64,000 nucleotides of DNA from an uncultured virus (IMG/VR IMGVR_UViG_3300030685_000002) (IMGVR_UViG_3300030685_000002); one strand, 5' to 3'. Counted from the first letter of the stretch, positions 8,823 to 16,779 are shown. The notes: generated by a model not told the origin, from the letters alone. Translations and numbers: made by a program.

Positions 8823-9120
8823 GAGATTGTCTTTTAAAGTATTTGAATAGCGCATAAACTGTCAGAAACAGGGCAAGGATGAACGTTCCATCACCAACTG
8901 GCACTGTATTCCAAGGCTTGTCATAACAAAGACTACAACCATGCTGACAACATCTTCCTGCAACATGCCAATAAGGATTACATGTATTAGGATAACCATT
9001 ATGATAATCCTCTTGATGCCAACAATTAGATTGTTGTTCTACATATATTGGACTAGGAGTATATGTGTTTAATGTTGCTTGTGGAAATACAGCAGGTTGA
9101 GTAAAAATAGTTTCATTCAT
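8806..9120 (-). CDS. Cys/His-rich small protein with PID-CTERM-like C-terminal anchor
   Basis: ...VPVGDG-TFILALFLTVYALF-KYFKR. Confidence 0.6.
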   Translation of the reverse strand: MNETIFTQPAVFPQATLNTYTPSPIYVEQQSNCWHQEDYHNGYPNTCNPYWHVAGRCCQHGCSLCYDKPWNTVPVGDGTFILALFLTVYALFKYFKRQSHETKT

Positions 9121-9146
9121 AAATTTGTTATTTGATTATTAGTTTG

Positions 9147-9297
9147 TGATCTATAAGGGAATCAAACCCTCTCTATCCTTAAATTGAATTACTAACATGC
9201 TATTCAGTCAAGAATTACCTTGAAATGTCTGTCACTAGTGATCACTAGTTGCTTGATTGTTTCATTCCAGATTGTGCGTCATTTACACTAATAGACC
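9147..9297 (-). ncRNA. tRNA-like RNA 1 with a 102-nt central insert
   Basis: Acceptor GGTCTAT/ATAGATC-A, D stem GTGT/GCAC, T arm GAGGG-TTTGATT-CCCTT; no anticodon loop. Confidence 0.7.
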
Positions 9298-9361
9298 GAT
9301 CCCATACATTTGTTCGATTGAGTAACTAAACTTCAATACTACCAGTGTACAGACTGGTCTG

Positions 9362-9585
9362 TGATCTAACCCGGATTCGAACCAGGATGATTGTTTTACT
9401 TTCGTATCGTTGGAGCCGTAGTGTTTCATTCCCACTCTTTTAAGTGTCGAAGCTCTATTTCAGACTTCTTAGATAATCATTTATCGAATATTCCATTCTC
9501 CTACCTAATCATTTCCTATTAGGCTATTATCTGAGCTCCCAATCAGTTACATTCTACTTGCGTCTACCAATTCCGCCATTAGATC
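9362..9585 (-). ncRNA. tRNA(Leu)-like RNA 2 with a 173-nt structured central insert
   Basis: Acceptor GATCTAA/TTAGATC-A, Leu-type D arm TGGCGGAATTGGTAGACGC, T arm CCTGG-TTCGAAT-CCGGG. Confidence 0.8.
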
Positions 9586-9594
9586 GTTCCATTA

Positions 9595-9912
9595 TTACAT
9601 TGCTAGTACAATAGGAATATACTTTCTTACAGTATCAGCAAGTTGAGGTTTATTCTCAAGCTTAGTGACAAGCTGAGTACATGTAGTGGCACCAAATGTA
9701 TTCACAACGATTTGTAATGCCCTTAAAAGAGCATATCCTTCGGCTTCACTATTAATCACACATTGAATAACAAGCTCTTCATTACGTGGATAGTTTAGCA
9801 CTGGCTTAGTAGTAGCTGTACCAGCTAAAGGTTGATTACCGCCATCTATAGCTTCACTTGCAGGTACTTGTTTTACACCTAAATCTGCAATAGGTAATTT
9901 TTCATTTTCCAT
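9595..9912 (-). CDS. Hypothetical protein
   Basis: 105-aa ORF downstream of the CCCE module. Confidence 0.7.
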   Translation of the reverse strand: MENEKLPIADLGVKQVPASEAIDGGNQPLAGTATTKPVLNYPRNEELVIQCVINSEAEGYALLRALQIVVNTFGATTCTQLVTKLENKPQLADTVRKYIPIVLAM

Positions 9913-9936
9913 ATCAATATTATTTATAAATTAAAC

Positions 9937-9973
9937 AAAAAAAAGAGTTACAAAATTAATCATAACTCTTTTT
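9937..9973. terminator. Hairpin terminator with an embedded -7 promoter motif
   Basis: AAAAAGAGTTA...TAACTCTTTTT; the loop reads TAATTTTG on the minus strand (9958-9951). Confidence 0.6.
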
Positions 9974-9990
9974 ATATAGTACTACAAAGT

Positions 9991-10176
9991 TTATCCAATA
10001 CCAGGACATGTAAACATAGCCAATACTTCAGATTCAACTGGTATATATTGATCTATAATATCAGCAGTTGATTGACCTACATTTGTAGCTAAAAACTTTT
10101 TAATCATCATTCTTTCTTCTTGCCTAACAAGTTCTATAACTTTAATAAGAGGCAAATGCAATGTTATTTCTTCCAT
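9991..10176 (-). CDS. Small hypothetical protein (CCCE module)
   Basis: 61-aa ORF. Confidence 0.65.
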   Translation of the reverse strand: MEEITLHLPLIKVIELVRQEERMMIKKFLATNVGQSTADIIDQYIPVESEVLAMFTCPGIG

Positions 10177-10195
10177 TTTATTCTAATTTTAAAGG

Positions 10196-10474
10196 TTAGA
10201 CTCTGTTAGTTTCATAAATAGCTAATACACCGGCTGCAGCAGAACTTAATACATTGAATTGAGCAGTACTATTAGTACTGATGAATGCTTCATTAATTTC
10301 ACCTGCTGTTGGAATAGCTAACATGATTTCATAATTTAATGCTGTCGGAACAATTGGCGCTCTTGCTAAATAAAGAATAGTAGCACCAGTGTTCTGAAAC
10401 CTTACATCAACTCTATGTCTGTTTGCGGGTACTGCAACTATTGCAGTGGCTCCCACAGTTAATGGACTAGACAT
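10196..10474 (-). CDS. Small beta-sandwich-like protein (CCCE module)
   Basis: PANRHRVDVRFQNTGATILYL, all-beta pattern. Confidence 0.65.
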   Translation of the reverse strand: MSSPLTVGATAIVAVPANRHRVDVRFQNTGATILYLARAPIVPTALNYEIMLAIPTAGEINEAFISTNSTAQFNVLSSAAAGVLAIYETNRV

Positions 10475-10485
10475 GATTATAAGGA

Positions 10486-11229
10486 TTAAACTATTGTACT
10501 ACCAACCGTAGGAGTAATGTGATGCAAAATAGTACTCAACAAATACTGATTTTGTTCGTTGTTACTTACTTTACCATTTGCAGTAGCAAGTTGATCACGT
10601 AAATTTTGAACATTCAAATCATTGATAAGTGCGCGTGTTGCATTACCATCGGCAAGAATAGTACTCTTAATCTCACAACAGCATTGAGCCATTGCAGCTG
10701 CAGAAGCTGTACCTTGTGCTATGATTTGATTCGTAGCATTTTGTACTTGCATTGCTGAGCTATTGAAGCCTTGCAATGTAGTTGTGGTAAGGTTGTTGAA
10801 ACTGTTTAATTGTTGAAGAGCATTCTGATTTTGAGAAGCGGTAATATCTCTTCCCAATCCATTGATTGAATCCAAAGTAGTAAAATTAGCTGCAGCTTGA
10901 GCAGTTGCCAATTGTCCTATTTGTGTACCTACAGTACTAATACTTTGAGAAAGGTCAATAGTATCAGCACGAATTTGAGCTGTCAATGCTGTACCATTGA
11001 TTTGACCACCTAATGATTGTAATTGATTGTTGATAGCACCAAATTCAGCAACATTTGCATTATTGTTACCACCACCAAATAAACCACCATTACCATTACT
11101 TGCAAGAAGTGAACCAAGTACTAAACCTGCAACACCACCACCTACTGCTCCAAGACCTACTCCGGAACCCATTGAACTACCACCGCCTAATGAAGCAGCT
11201 GGCAACATACCGTCTAACGTTAAAGCCAT
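10486..11229 (-). CDS. Glycine-zipper membrane segment + long Asn/Gln coiled coil with CCCE motif
   Basis: GVGLGAVGGGVAGLVLGSLL ... AMAQCCCEIKSTILADGNATRALINDLNVQNLRDQL. Confidence 0.8.
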   Translation of the reverse strand: MALTLDGMLPAASLGGGSSMGSGVGLGAVGGGVAGLVLGSLLASNGNGGLFGGGNNNANVAEFGAINNQLQSLGGQINGTALTAQIRADTIDLSQSISTVGTQIGQLATAQAAANFTTLDSINGLGRDITASQNQNALQQLNSFNNLTTTTLQGFNSSAMQVQNATNQIIAQGTASAAAMAQCCCEIKSTILADGNATRALINDLNVQNLRDQLATANGKVSNNEQNQYLLSTILHHITPTVGSTIV

Positions 11230-11269
11230 AATATATAGTTTTTAATTGCCAACTGAATTGTTGACACCT

Positions 11270-11277
11270 CAAAATTA
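11270..11277 (-). promoter_or_regulatory. -7 promoter element (TAATTTTG)
   Basis: About 40 nt upstream of the CCCE gene start. Confidence 0.55.
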
Positions 11278-11307
11278 TATACTACTGTAATCTAGGACTA
11301 ATGAATT

Positions 11308-11601
11308 TTATAGCTTTAGTTGTTTCTTTAATTCTAATGCTTTTTTTAAATCTGAAACATAATATGATTTTTCACGAAATCCTTTTACTTTACGTGGTTC
11401 AGGTATTATACCATAATCTTTTAATTCATGAAACCTAGTCAAAGATACTCCCATAAACTTAGCAGCATCTTCTCGACCCATTGTGGTAGGTCTATGAATG
11501 AGTATTGATATTTGTTCTAATTCTTCATTAGTCAAATCTTCGCATTCATTATTCTCTATCATTTTTAATACAATAGAAACAATCTTATTCAAATTTCTCA
11601 T
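11308..11601 (-). CDS. Excisionase/MerR-like HTH DNA-binding protein with N-terminal helical domain
   Basis: MGREDAAKFMGVSLTRFHELKDYGIIPEPRKVKG. Confidence 0.75.
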   Translation of the reverse strand: MRNLNKIVSIVLKMIENNECEDLTNEELEQISILIHRPTTMGREDAAKFMGVSLTRFHELKDYGIIPEPRKVKGFREKSYYVSDLKKALELKKQLKL

Positions 11602-11626
11602 TATAAATAGTTTTTATTAATATTTG

Positions 11627-11707
11627 TGGGAGTGGAAGGACTTAAACCTCCGACCCTTACAACACATATTTCTATGCAGTAAACTCTATCTGATGAGCTA
11701 CACTCCC
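11627..11707 (-). ncRNA. tRNA-like RNA 3 with an extended GAAA-capped hairpin in place of the anticodon arm
   Basis: GGGAGTG/CACTCCC-A, D stem GCTC/GAGT, T arm GGAGG-TTTAAGT-CCTTC, central TTAC-TGCATA-GAAA-TATGTG-TT-GTAA. Confidence 0.75.
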
Positions 11708-11789
11708 TGTAATTGTTAGCTACCTAATAATTATTTGTCATTATTCTACACGACTAGATACGAGATAATTATCCAAGCTATTCCAATCA

Positions 11790-12056
11790 CTATTCAATCG
11801 GTAAGCCAAGCAATTTGGCATAGCGATTAAATACTTTAGTCTCATAAGGTTTGTCCTCTTCATAGACAACAGCACGTTTAAGCCATTTATCAAAGCATTC
11901 AGGACATACCCAATGATTTAGAACTGCAATAAATCGACCTTCATTAGAAGATTGATTACAATGATCACATACACCAAATCCACCCCATTTTAGGCATTCA
12001 ACAGCTGTAGTGTTTATTACTTTAAATCCTTTAGGATTCTCTACTTTGTATGCCAT
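11790..12056 (-). CDS. Zinc-finger protein
   Basis: CDHC...CPEC. Confidence 0.75.
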   Translation of the reverse strand: MAYKVENPKGFKVINTTAVECLKWGGFGVCDHCNQSSNEGRFIAVLNHWVCPECFDKWLKRAVVYEEDKPYETKVFNRYAKLLGLPIE

Positions 12057-12342
12057 CTGGTAAGTTTAATGGTGTTGTTAGACTTTGCATTAAATCATCA
12101 AGAGTATCATAAGCATTTATTGCATCAATTTCTTGATATGAACCCATGTGATAAATAACAAGAAATTCACCTTCTGGAACAATTTTATTGCTACTCATTA
12201 ATACTTCACATTTACCAACATATGTTGATATACCTAAGATTGCTTTATGTTCAATCTTGTTATTGTGCATGTAGAAGATTTTATCTTCTATTCCTTTATT
12301 TTCAAGCATACTATTATTTTTTAATATTAATTTGAAGTTCAA
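12031..12342 (-). CDS. Hypothetical protein
   Basis: ORF in the operon; true start may be MLENK (about 12309). Confidence 0.6.
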   Translation of the reverse strand: MNFKLILKNNSMLENKGIEDKIFYMHNNKIEHKAILGISTYVGKCEVLMSSNKIVPEGEFLVIYHMGSYQEIDAINAYDTLDDLMQSLTTPLNLPDGIQSRES

Positions 12343-12529
12343 TTTCTAAAGCTTTACAAATCACAATGAATTTTTCAAAACTAACTTGTATATATCTTCC
12401 ACCTCTTACTGAACTAACCATACTTTCAGTTACTCCAGCTTTCGTTGCTATTTGACTATTACTTAACCCGGATAACATTATTTCATTACCAACAATATCA
12501 TAAACTTGTTGTATATTATTAATGATCAT
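12314..12529 (-). CDS. XRE/Cro-like HTH regulator
   Basis: GLSNSQIATKAGVTESMVSSVRGG...SFEKFIVICKALEI; start reassigned to ATG 12529. Confidence 0.8.
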   Translation of the reverse strand: MIINNIQQVYDIVGNEIMLSGLSNSQIATKAGVTESMVSSVRGGRYIQVSFEKFIVICKALEIELQINIKK

Positions 12530-12530
12530 A

Positions 12531-12893
12531 TCAAATGATTTTGTTTTGTTGAATAAATCGAATAAAGAACCATGATATGCCAATGAATAGAAATATATCC
12601 CAATAGAATCCAAAAGCAATCAAGTAAGTGATGATAGCAATCCATATCCCATTACAATAGGGACATAAGCCCAATGGCTTTGCTATATAGGCCATAAAAG
12701 ATATAAAACGTATATTCTTACCATACTTAGATAAAAGTCGCTTATATCGCACGTATTTGTATAACCAGTCATGATACCAGTCGAATATCATTCCAGGCTC
12801 TTGTATATGCTGAAAGCAAAGAGCAAGAGCAGCTACTGCAAATCCCATAAGGAGATACAGTAGCATAATGATTGGGTCGTTAGAGCACAGCAT
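12531..12893 (-). CDS. Membrane protein, DUF1360-like
   Basis: TM segments with KPLGLCPYCNGIW. Confidence 0.65.
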   Translation of the reverse strand: MLCSNDPIIMLLYLLMGFAVAALALCFQHIQEPGMIFDWYHDWLYKYVRYKRLLSKYGKNIRFISFMAYIAKPLGLCPYCNGIWIAIITYLIAFGFYWDIFLFIGISWFFIRFIQQNKII

Positions 12894-13122
12894 TCTCGCA
12901 AATATCTTTAGCTTTTGTAATACTATCTTCTGGGATTAATTTTACTTTATCAGCTGGAACATAAGTATAATTACCATTACTATGTATTGCAAATACAACA
13001 CGTAAATCACCATCACTATCTGGTACTACACTAGCTAATGTACCAATAGAATTTGCTGGATAATCTCTACCACATCCATTGATGTAGATTTCTTTCAAAA
13101 TAATTAAGTCACCTGTTTTCAT
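12880..13122 (-). CDS. Hypothetical SH3-like small protein
   Basis: MKTGDLIIL...GTL...DGDLRVVF. Confidence 0.6.
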   Translation of the reverse strand: MKTGDLIILKEIYINGCGRDYPANSIGTLASVVPDSDGDLRVVFAIHSNGNYTYVPADKVKLIPEDSITKAKDICENAVL

Positions 13123-13202
13123 AAGAATTTGTTTTTAAATGAATAATAAATAGTTTATATAAAGGAATAAATAGACAATAATAGAAATGAGCTATATTTA
13201 TG

Positions 13203-13676
13203 CTAAAAAGAGGGTAATAATGTTTTAATATCTTCAACGTTTTCTAAATTAATATATGGTATAGAAGTAATAAATTTAAAAATACCATGTGGATCAATAT
13301 TATCATCTTCTAAATTAATAATCATTTCTACATTTTTTAAATAATTTATTGGACAAGTATGTTCTTCATAAAAATATCTATCATTTTCTATATCATGATT
13401 ACCATTAAAATACATTCCTTTTATAGCAAGTAATATGTTTCCATTTTTAAGAAAAATAATAGAATCGTCTTTTCTTTTTATTGTTTTTTCAATAAAAACT
13501 TCTTTACCTTTTACTATTCCTTTGTAACCACCACCACATTCATCGCAATACCAATATCCCCAACTAATTTCTTTTCCTTCTTCATTAAATAAGTGGTCGA
13601 TTCTGTTTTTTGAATTATGGCAATATGGACATTCAATAAAATGCTTTATTTCAATTATTGTATTTATTTTTTCCAT
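13203..13676 (-). CDS. Zn-ribbon protein
   Basis: CPYC...WYCDECG; YFYEEHTCP. Confidence 0.75.
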   Translation of the reverse strand: MEKINTIIEIKHFIECPYCHNSKNRIDHLFNEEGKEISWGYWYCDECGGGYKGIVKGKEVFIEKTIKRKDDSIIFLKNGNILLAIKGMYFNGNHDIENDRYFYEEHTCPINYLKNVEMIINLEDDNIDPHGIFKFITSIPYINLENVEDIKTLLPSF

Positions 13677-14469
13677 TATAATAAGTTTTTGTAGTTTTAA
13701 ATTATATATATAGCAAATAAGCTATCATTCACACTAACCACACACGTCATTTCAACGCATAGAAAGCTCACTGTTGAACGAATAGCAATAGAATGACACT
13801 ATGTATCATATCAATAAAAGAAAGTAGCTTAAACAAGCCCGCAAAAGTAATCAAATCTTACAATATTATATAGTATCTGATACACCGGATTACACCAATC
13901 ACAACCACTATCAAATAATCTAATATAATGTAGACCAATAGATTCAACACACTATACTCTATTATAAGAAATGAATACTTAAGGAATACAACCAACTCAC
14001 CAATGCCACCACTATATCTCAATAAACCGTACTAATACATATAACGACGAATTCAACGCATTATAAGCTTTATATACTAAGAGAGACTATAGATAGCAAT
14101 AGCAGAGAATAGGAGTGTACAGAGGGTGTTCAAAAGCTCTGAAACCCTTTACTGTAGCCTATTGTAGCGTATCACCTACCTTGAAATATTGTAGTTGTTC
14201 GTTGCCAACAGACTCTATATTTAGCTGTCCAGAGCGCTTATCTTGGATAATAATGTATGACATATCCTTTTCTATATTTGAAGGCACAATGTCTATTACA
14301 ATGTTCTGTACGATTCTCAGAGGTTGTTTACGTGGTGTTTCTACCTTGTAAGTTACTGATACAAAAGTGATAATAAGTATTATTATCAATGAAAATAACA
14401 ACAGTATTTGAGTTGTTCTAGAATTAAATGTTTGCATGATTGTATAGTTTATGAATGAATAATAATAAT

Positions 14470-14477
14470 TATCTTTG
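14470..14477 (+). promoter_or_regulatory. -7 promoter element (TATCTTTG)
   Basis: Upstream of ATG 14506. Confidence 0.65.
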
Positions 14478-14505
14478 CGTAATAAATCCATTAAAACATT
14501 TCATT

Positions 14506-14994
14506 ATGGCAAAGAAATTGGCAATAGTAATTCACAGAGAAACGAATATAGCCGTCTGTATTAAATCTAAAACAGACTTAGCATTATTCTTAGAAGTATC
14601 ATTGAGTACTGTAATACGTAAATACAATGATATAGGAATGTATCAATCAGGTATTTATACTATCTATGTAGGTGTTGAATACTATCAATCCGATAAAGAA
14701 AAGAACTATAAGCATGATGCTATTCCACCAGTGATAAATAAGTCTATTGATGAACCTAGACAACAAATAGCCAATAATATTGTCATAATGACAAATAACG
14801 ACCAAGTTGTTATTCAACCAATAGAAGAAAAATTAGATGATGATACATTAGCAATGAGTCAATACAAAGAGTTCTATTCTACTAAGACATATGAGGAGTT
14901 GACAATGTATAAGAATAAACATATCAACAAACCTTATAGACTTAAATGGATTGATTACTTTGGTAAGATATTAAAAGATAATCAAGGTTATTGA
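14506..14994 (+). CDS. Protein with N-terminal HTH (NUMOD1-like)
   Basis: IKSKTDLALFLEVSLSTVIRK; start reassigned downstream of the promoter. Confidence 0.6.
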   Translation: MAKKLAIVIHRETNIAVCIKSKTDLALFLEVSLSTVIRKYNDIGMYQSGIYTIYVGVEYYQSDKEKNYKHDAIPPVINKSIDEPRQQIANNIVIMTNNDQVVIQPIEEKLDDDTLAMSQYKEFYSTKTYEELTMYKNKHINKPYRLKWIDYFGKILKDNQGY

Positions 14995-15002
14995 AATAGA
15001 TT

Positions 15003-15089
15003 TAATTGATGGCTTCTGCACCTTGTTGGGTGAAATGAGGTACCGATAGAATCAAATGCATCTACTCTCACGAGTAACGCCATCAATTA
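15003..15089. other. Multibranch RNA/DNA structure between convergent genes
   Basis: 11-bp closing stem TAATTGATGGC/GCCATCAATTA with internal hairpins. Confidence 0.5.
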
Positions 15090-15095
15090 GTAGTA

Positions 15096-15269
15096 TTATC
15101 TATTCTTATAATGTTCTATTGCTTCATGCACATGTAGTACAAAGAAGAACAATGCACCAATAAGAATTGCTCTACCATATATATATGTATGAGTAGCAAA
15201 GAATATAAATGCAACACCGAATATAAAGGCATATATAATATGCTCAATGATATGTTTAGAAGGTTTCAT
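15096..15269 (-). CDS. Small 2-TM His-rich membrane protein (57 aa)
   Basis: Manual ORF MKPSKHIIEHIIYAFIFGVAFIFFATHTYIYGRAILIGALFFFVLHVHEAIEHYKNR. Confidence 0.6.
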   Translation of the reverse strand: MKPSKHIIEHIIYAFIFGVAFIFFATHTYIYGRAILIGALFFFVLHVHEAIEHYKNR

Positions 15270-15380
15270 AATGATAAGTATTAGTGTGTGTATAATAATA
15301 GTAATGCGTGCGTAGGAATCACTTAAACAAGCCAGTCCGCAACAACTCTAGCAAGTAAGTATTTCGAGGTAATAGTATTT

Positions 15381-15410
15381 AAAAAAAAGGGAGACATTAC
15401 ATCTCCCTTT
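15381..15410 (-). terminator. Intrinsic terminator
   Basis: AAAGGGAGA-CATTACA-TCTCCCTTT with a T8 tract on the minus strand. Confidence 0.8.
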
Positions 15411-15417
15411 GTTGTTC

Positions 15418-15780
15418 TTACATGCTGTATTTGATTACACCACCTAAGCAGCTAATCTTAGCACCTGCTTTAAGTTTAATGATACCATTAGCAGCTTGAT
15501 CTTTGTCAATCACTGACTCGAACCCACATGAGTTCATGCGTGTCACTTCTTGAGAGAAGTTGTCAGTCATTCCTGCGATAGCCATGTTACACCAGATGCG
15601 TAAGTTTGGATTAGATACATCAGCATCATCTGCTTCAATCTTTACCAACTTGCCGGCAGCAGTCTTCTGACTTCCGTCACGATAGAATTGTCCAACGATT
15701 TCAAATGATGTTGGCACGATGTCACTAAGGTCGAATTTCAATTCAGCAGCTTTGTCTGCTTTGTACAATAATTTGCTCAT
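15418..15780 (-). CDS. Hypothetical protein, first gene of the leftward arm
   Basis: 120-aa ORF with its own terminator. Confidence 0.75.
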   Translation of the reverse strand: MSKLLYKADKAAELKFDLSDIVPTSFEIVGQFYRDGSQKTAAGKLVKIEADDADVSNPNLRIWCNMAIAGMTDNFSQEVTRMNSCGFESVIDKDQAANGIIKLKAGAKISCLGGVIKYSM

Positions 15781-15995
15781 AATAATTTTGTTTTTAATTT
15801 GTAATTAATTTTTTTATACGTCTAACCGGGGGGAGTTAGCAGAGAGTATCCAAGGCTTTCGTAATTTGGTAGTGGGTATACGGGGGGCTTGTATATTGTA
15901 TATGGTAGTGTAGGATATGTTCTTCGTTGGAATGGTTGTGATGTTAATGGTAATTTATAATAGTATTATTACTAGGTAGTTGTTTTTTTATTAGT

Positions 15996-16003
15996 TATCT
16001 TTG
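15996..16003 (+). promoter_or_regulatory. -7 promoter element (TATCTTTG)
   Basis: Upstream of ATG 16030 at the start of the rightward arm. Confidence 0.6.
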
Positions 16004-16029
16004 GGGTATAATTTTAAAGAGAATAATTT

Positions 16030-16779
16030 ATGAGTGATCGTTCATTAGGAGCATTTATTAAGTGCTTAGTAAGGCGTTGTGATACGCGAGGTTCATTGTT
16101 CCATGGTAGTATAGTAGATGCACGGGGTAATGAGAGTTATTTGTATAGTTGTCAAAAGTGTGGTAGAGTATTTAGTTCTACTGAAAGTACTTTTGTAAAA
16201 AAGTTTAATGGTATTCGTTTAATCAAGTTTACTGATTATCGTGTAAGAATTGAATTTTATTCTAGTAGTGAAGATGGTCTTCTTTCTATAAAAGAATCTG
16301 TAGAAGATTTTATTGACAGTATCAAAAAAGGAGATGTTTATTTTTCAAGAGATGATTTAGGTAAGGTTCTATTGAGTTTGCAGAATTTATTATCTACTTC
16401 TCAAAGGCAGTTTTCTGAGGCGTTTGCAACTAACTTATCATTATCTGAAAACTTATTGGAAAAAGAACAAATCATTAGTGGTTTGTTGACTACTCCGGTA
16501 TTTGTCCCTGATTTAATAATGAGTGATATTGATAAGGATAATGAACGTCAGATAAACAACTCACACATGCTTTCTACGTGGTTGATTACTTTATTGAACC
16601 ATGGTACTGTTTCGGTTCCAATCGAGGCTTATAGGCTATTCCATTTGCTTCTGTCAGTAAACTATGGTTATGAAGTAATGCGTTATCGTTGGGAATGGAA
16701 TACGGTAGTTGAGAATGGTGAGAAAAGAATGGTATTTCAAAATAGAACCAAAAGGAGAACAAATAGAACAAAGAGATGA
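16030..16779 (+). CDS. Hypothetical protein with Zn-ribbon and coiled coil
   Basis: YSCQKCGRVF. Confidence 0.7.
   Translation: MSDRSLGAFIKCLVRRCDTRGSLFHGSIVDARGNESYLYSCQKCGRVFSSTESTFVKKFNGIRLIKFTDYRVRIEFYSSSEDGLLSIKESVEDFIDSIKKGDVYFSRDDLGKVLLSLQNLLSTSQRQFSEAFATNLSLSENLLEKEQIISGLLTTPVFVPDLIMSDIDKDNERQINNSHMLSTWLITLLNHGTVSVPIEAYRLFHLLLSVNYGYEVMRYRWEWNTVVENGEKRMVFQNRTKRRTNRTKR

Noticed and set aside
9147..9585. Group I intron-containing tRNAs or a canonical tmRNA
   Set aside because: The inserts (102 and 173 nt) are short for group I introns, I could not see P7 core motifs, and I could not rebuild a normal anticodon arm by excision. tmRNA lacks a D stem and has an Ala G3-U70 acceptor, unlike these. 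Not formally excluded without Infernal.
11308..11601. Excisionase indicating a prophage boundary at the tRNA-like element
   Set aside because: No integrase, no duplicated att core and no host genes in the window.
14115..14491. ORFs 14115-14351 (+) and 14159-14491 (-)
   Set aside because: They overlap each other and the 14470 promoter in an atypical region. The minus ORF from MQTF (one TM) may be real but has too little support.
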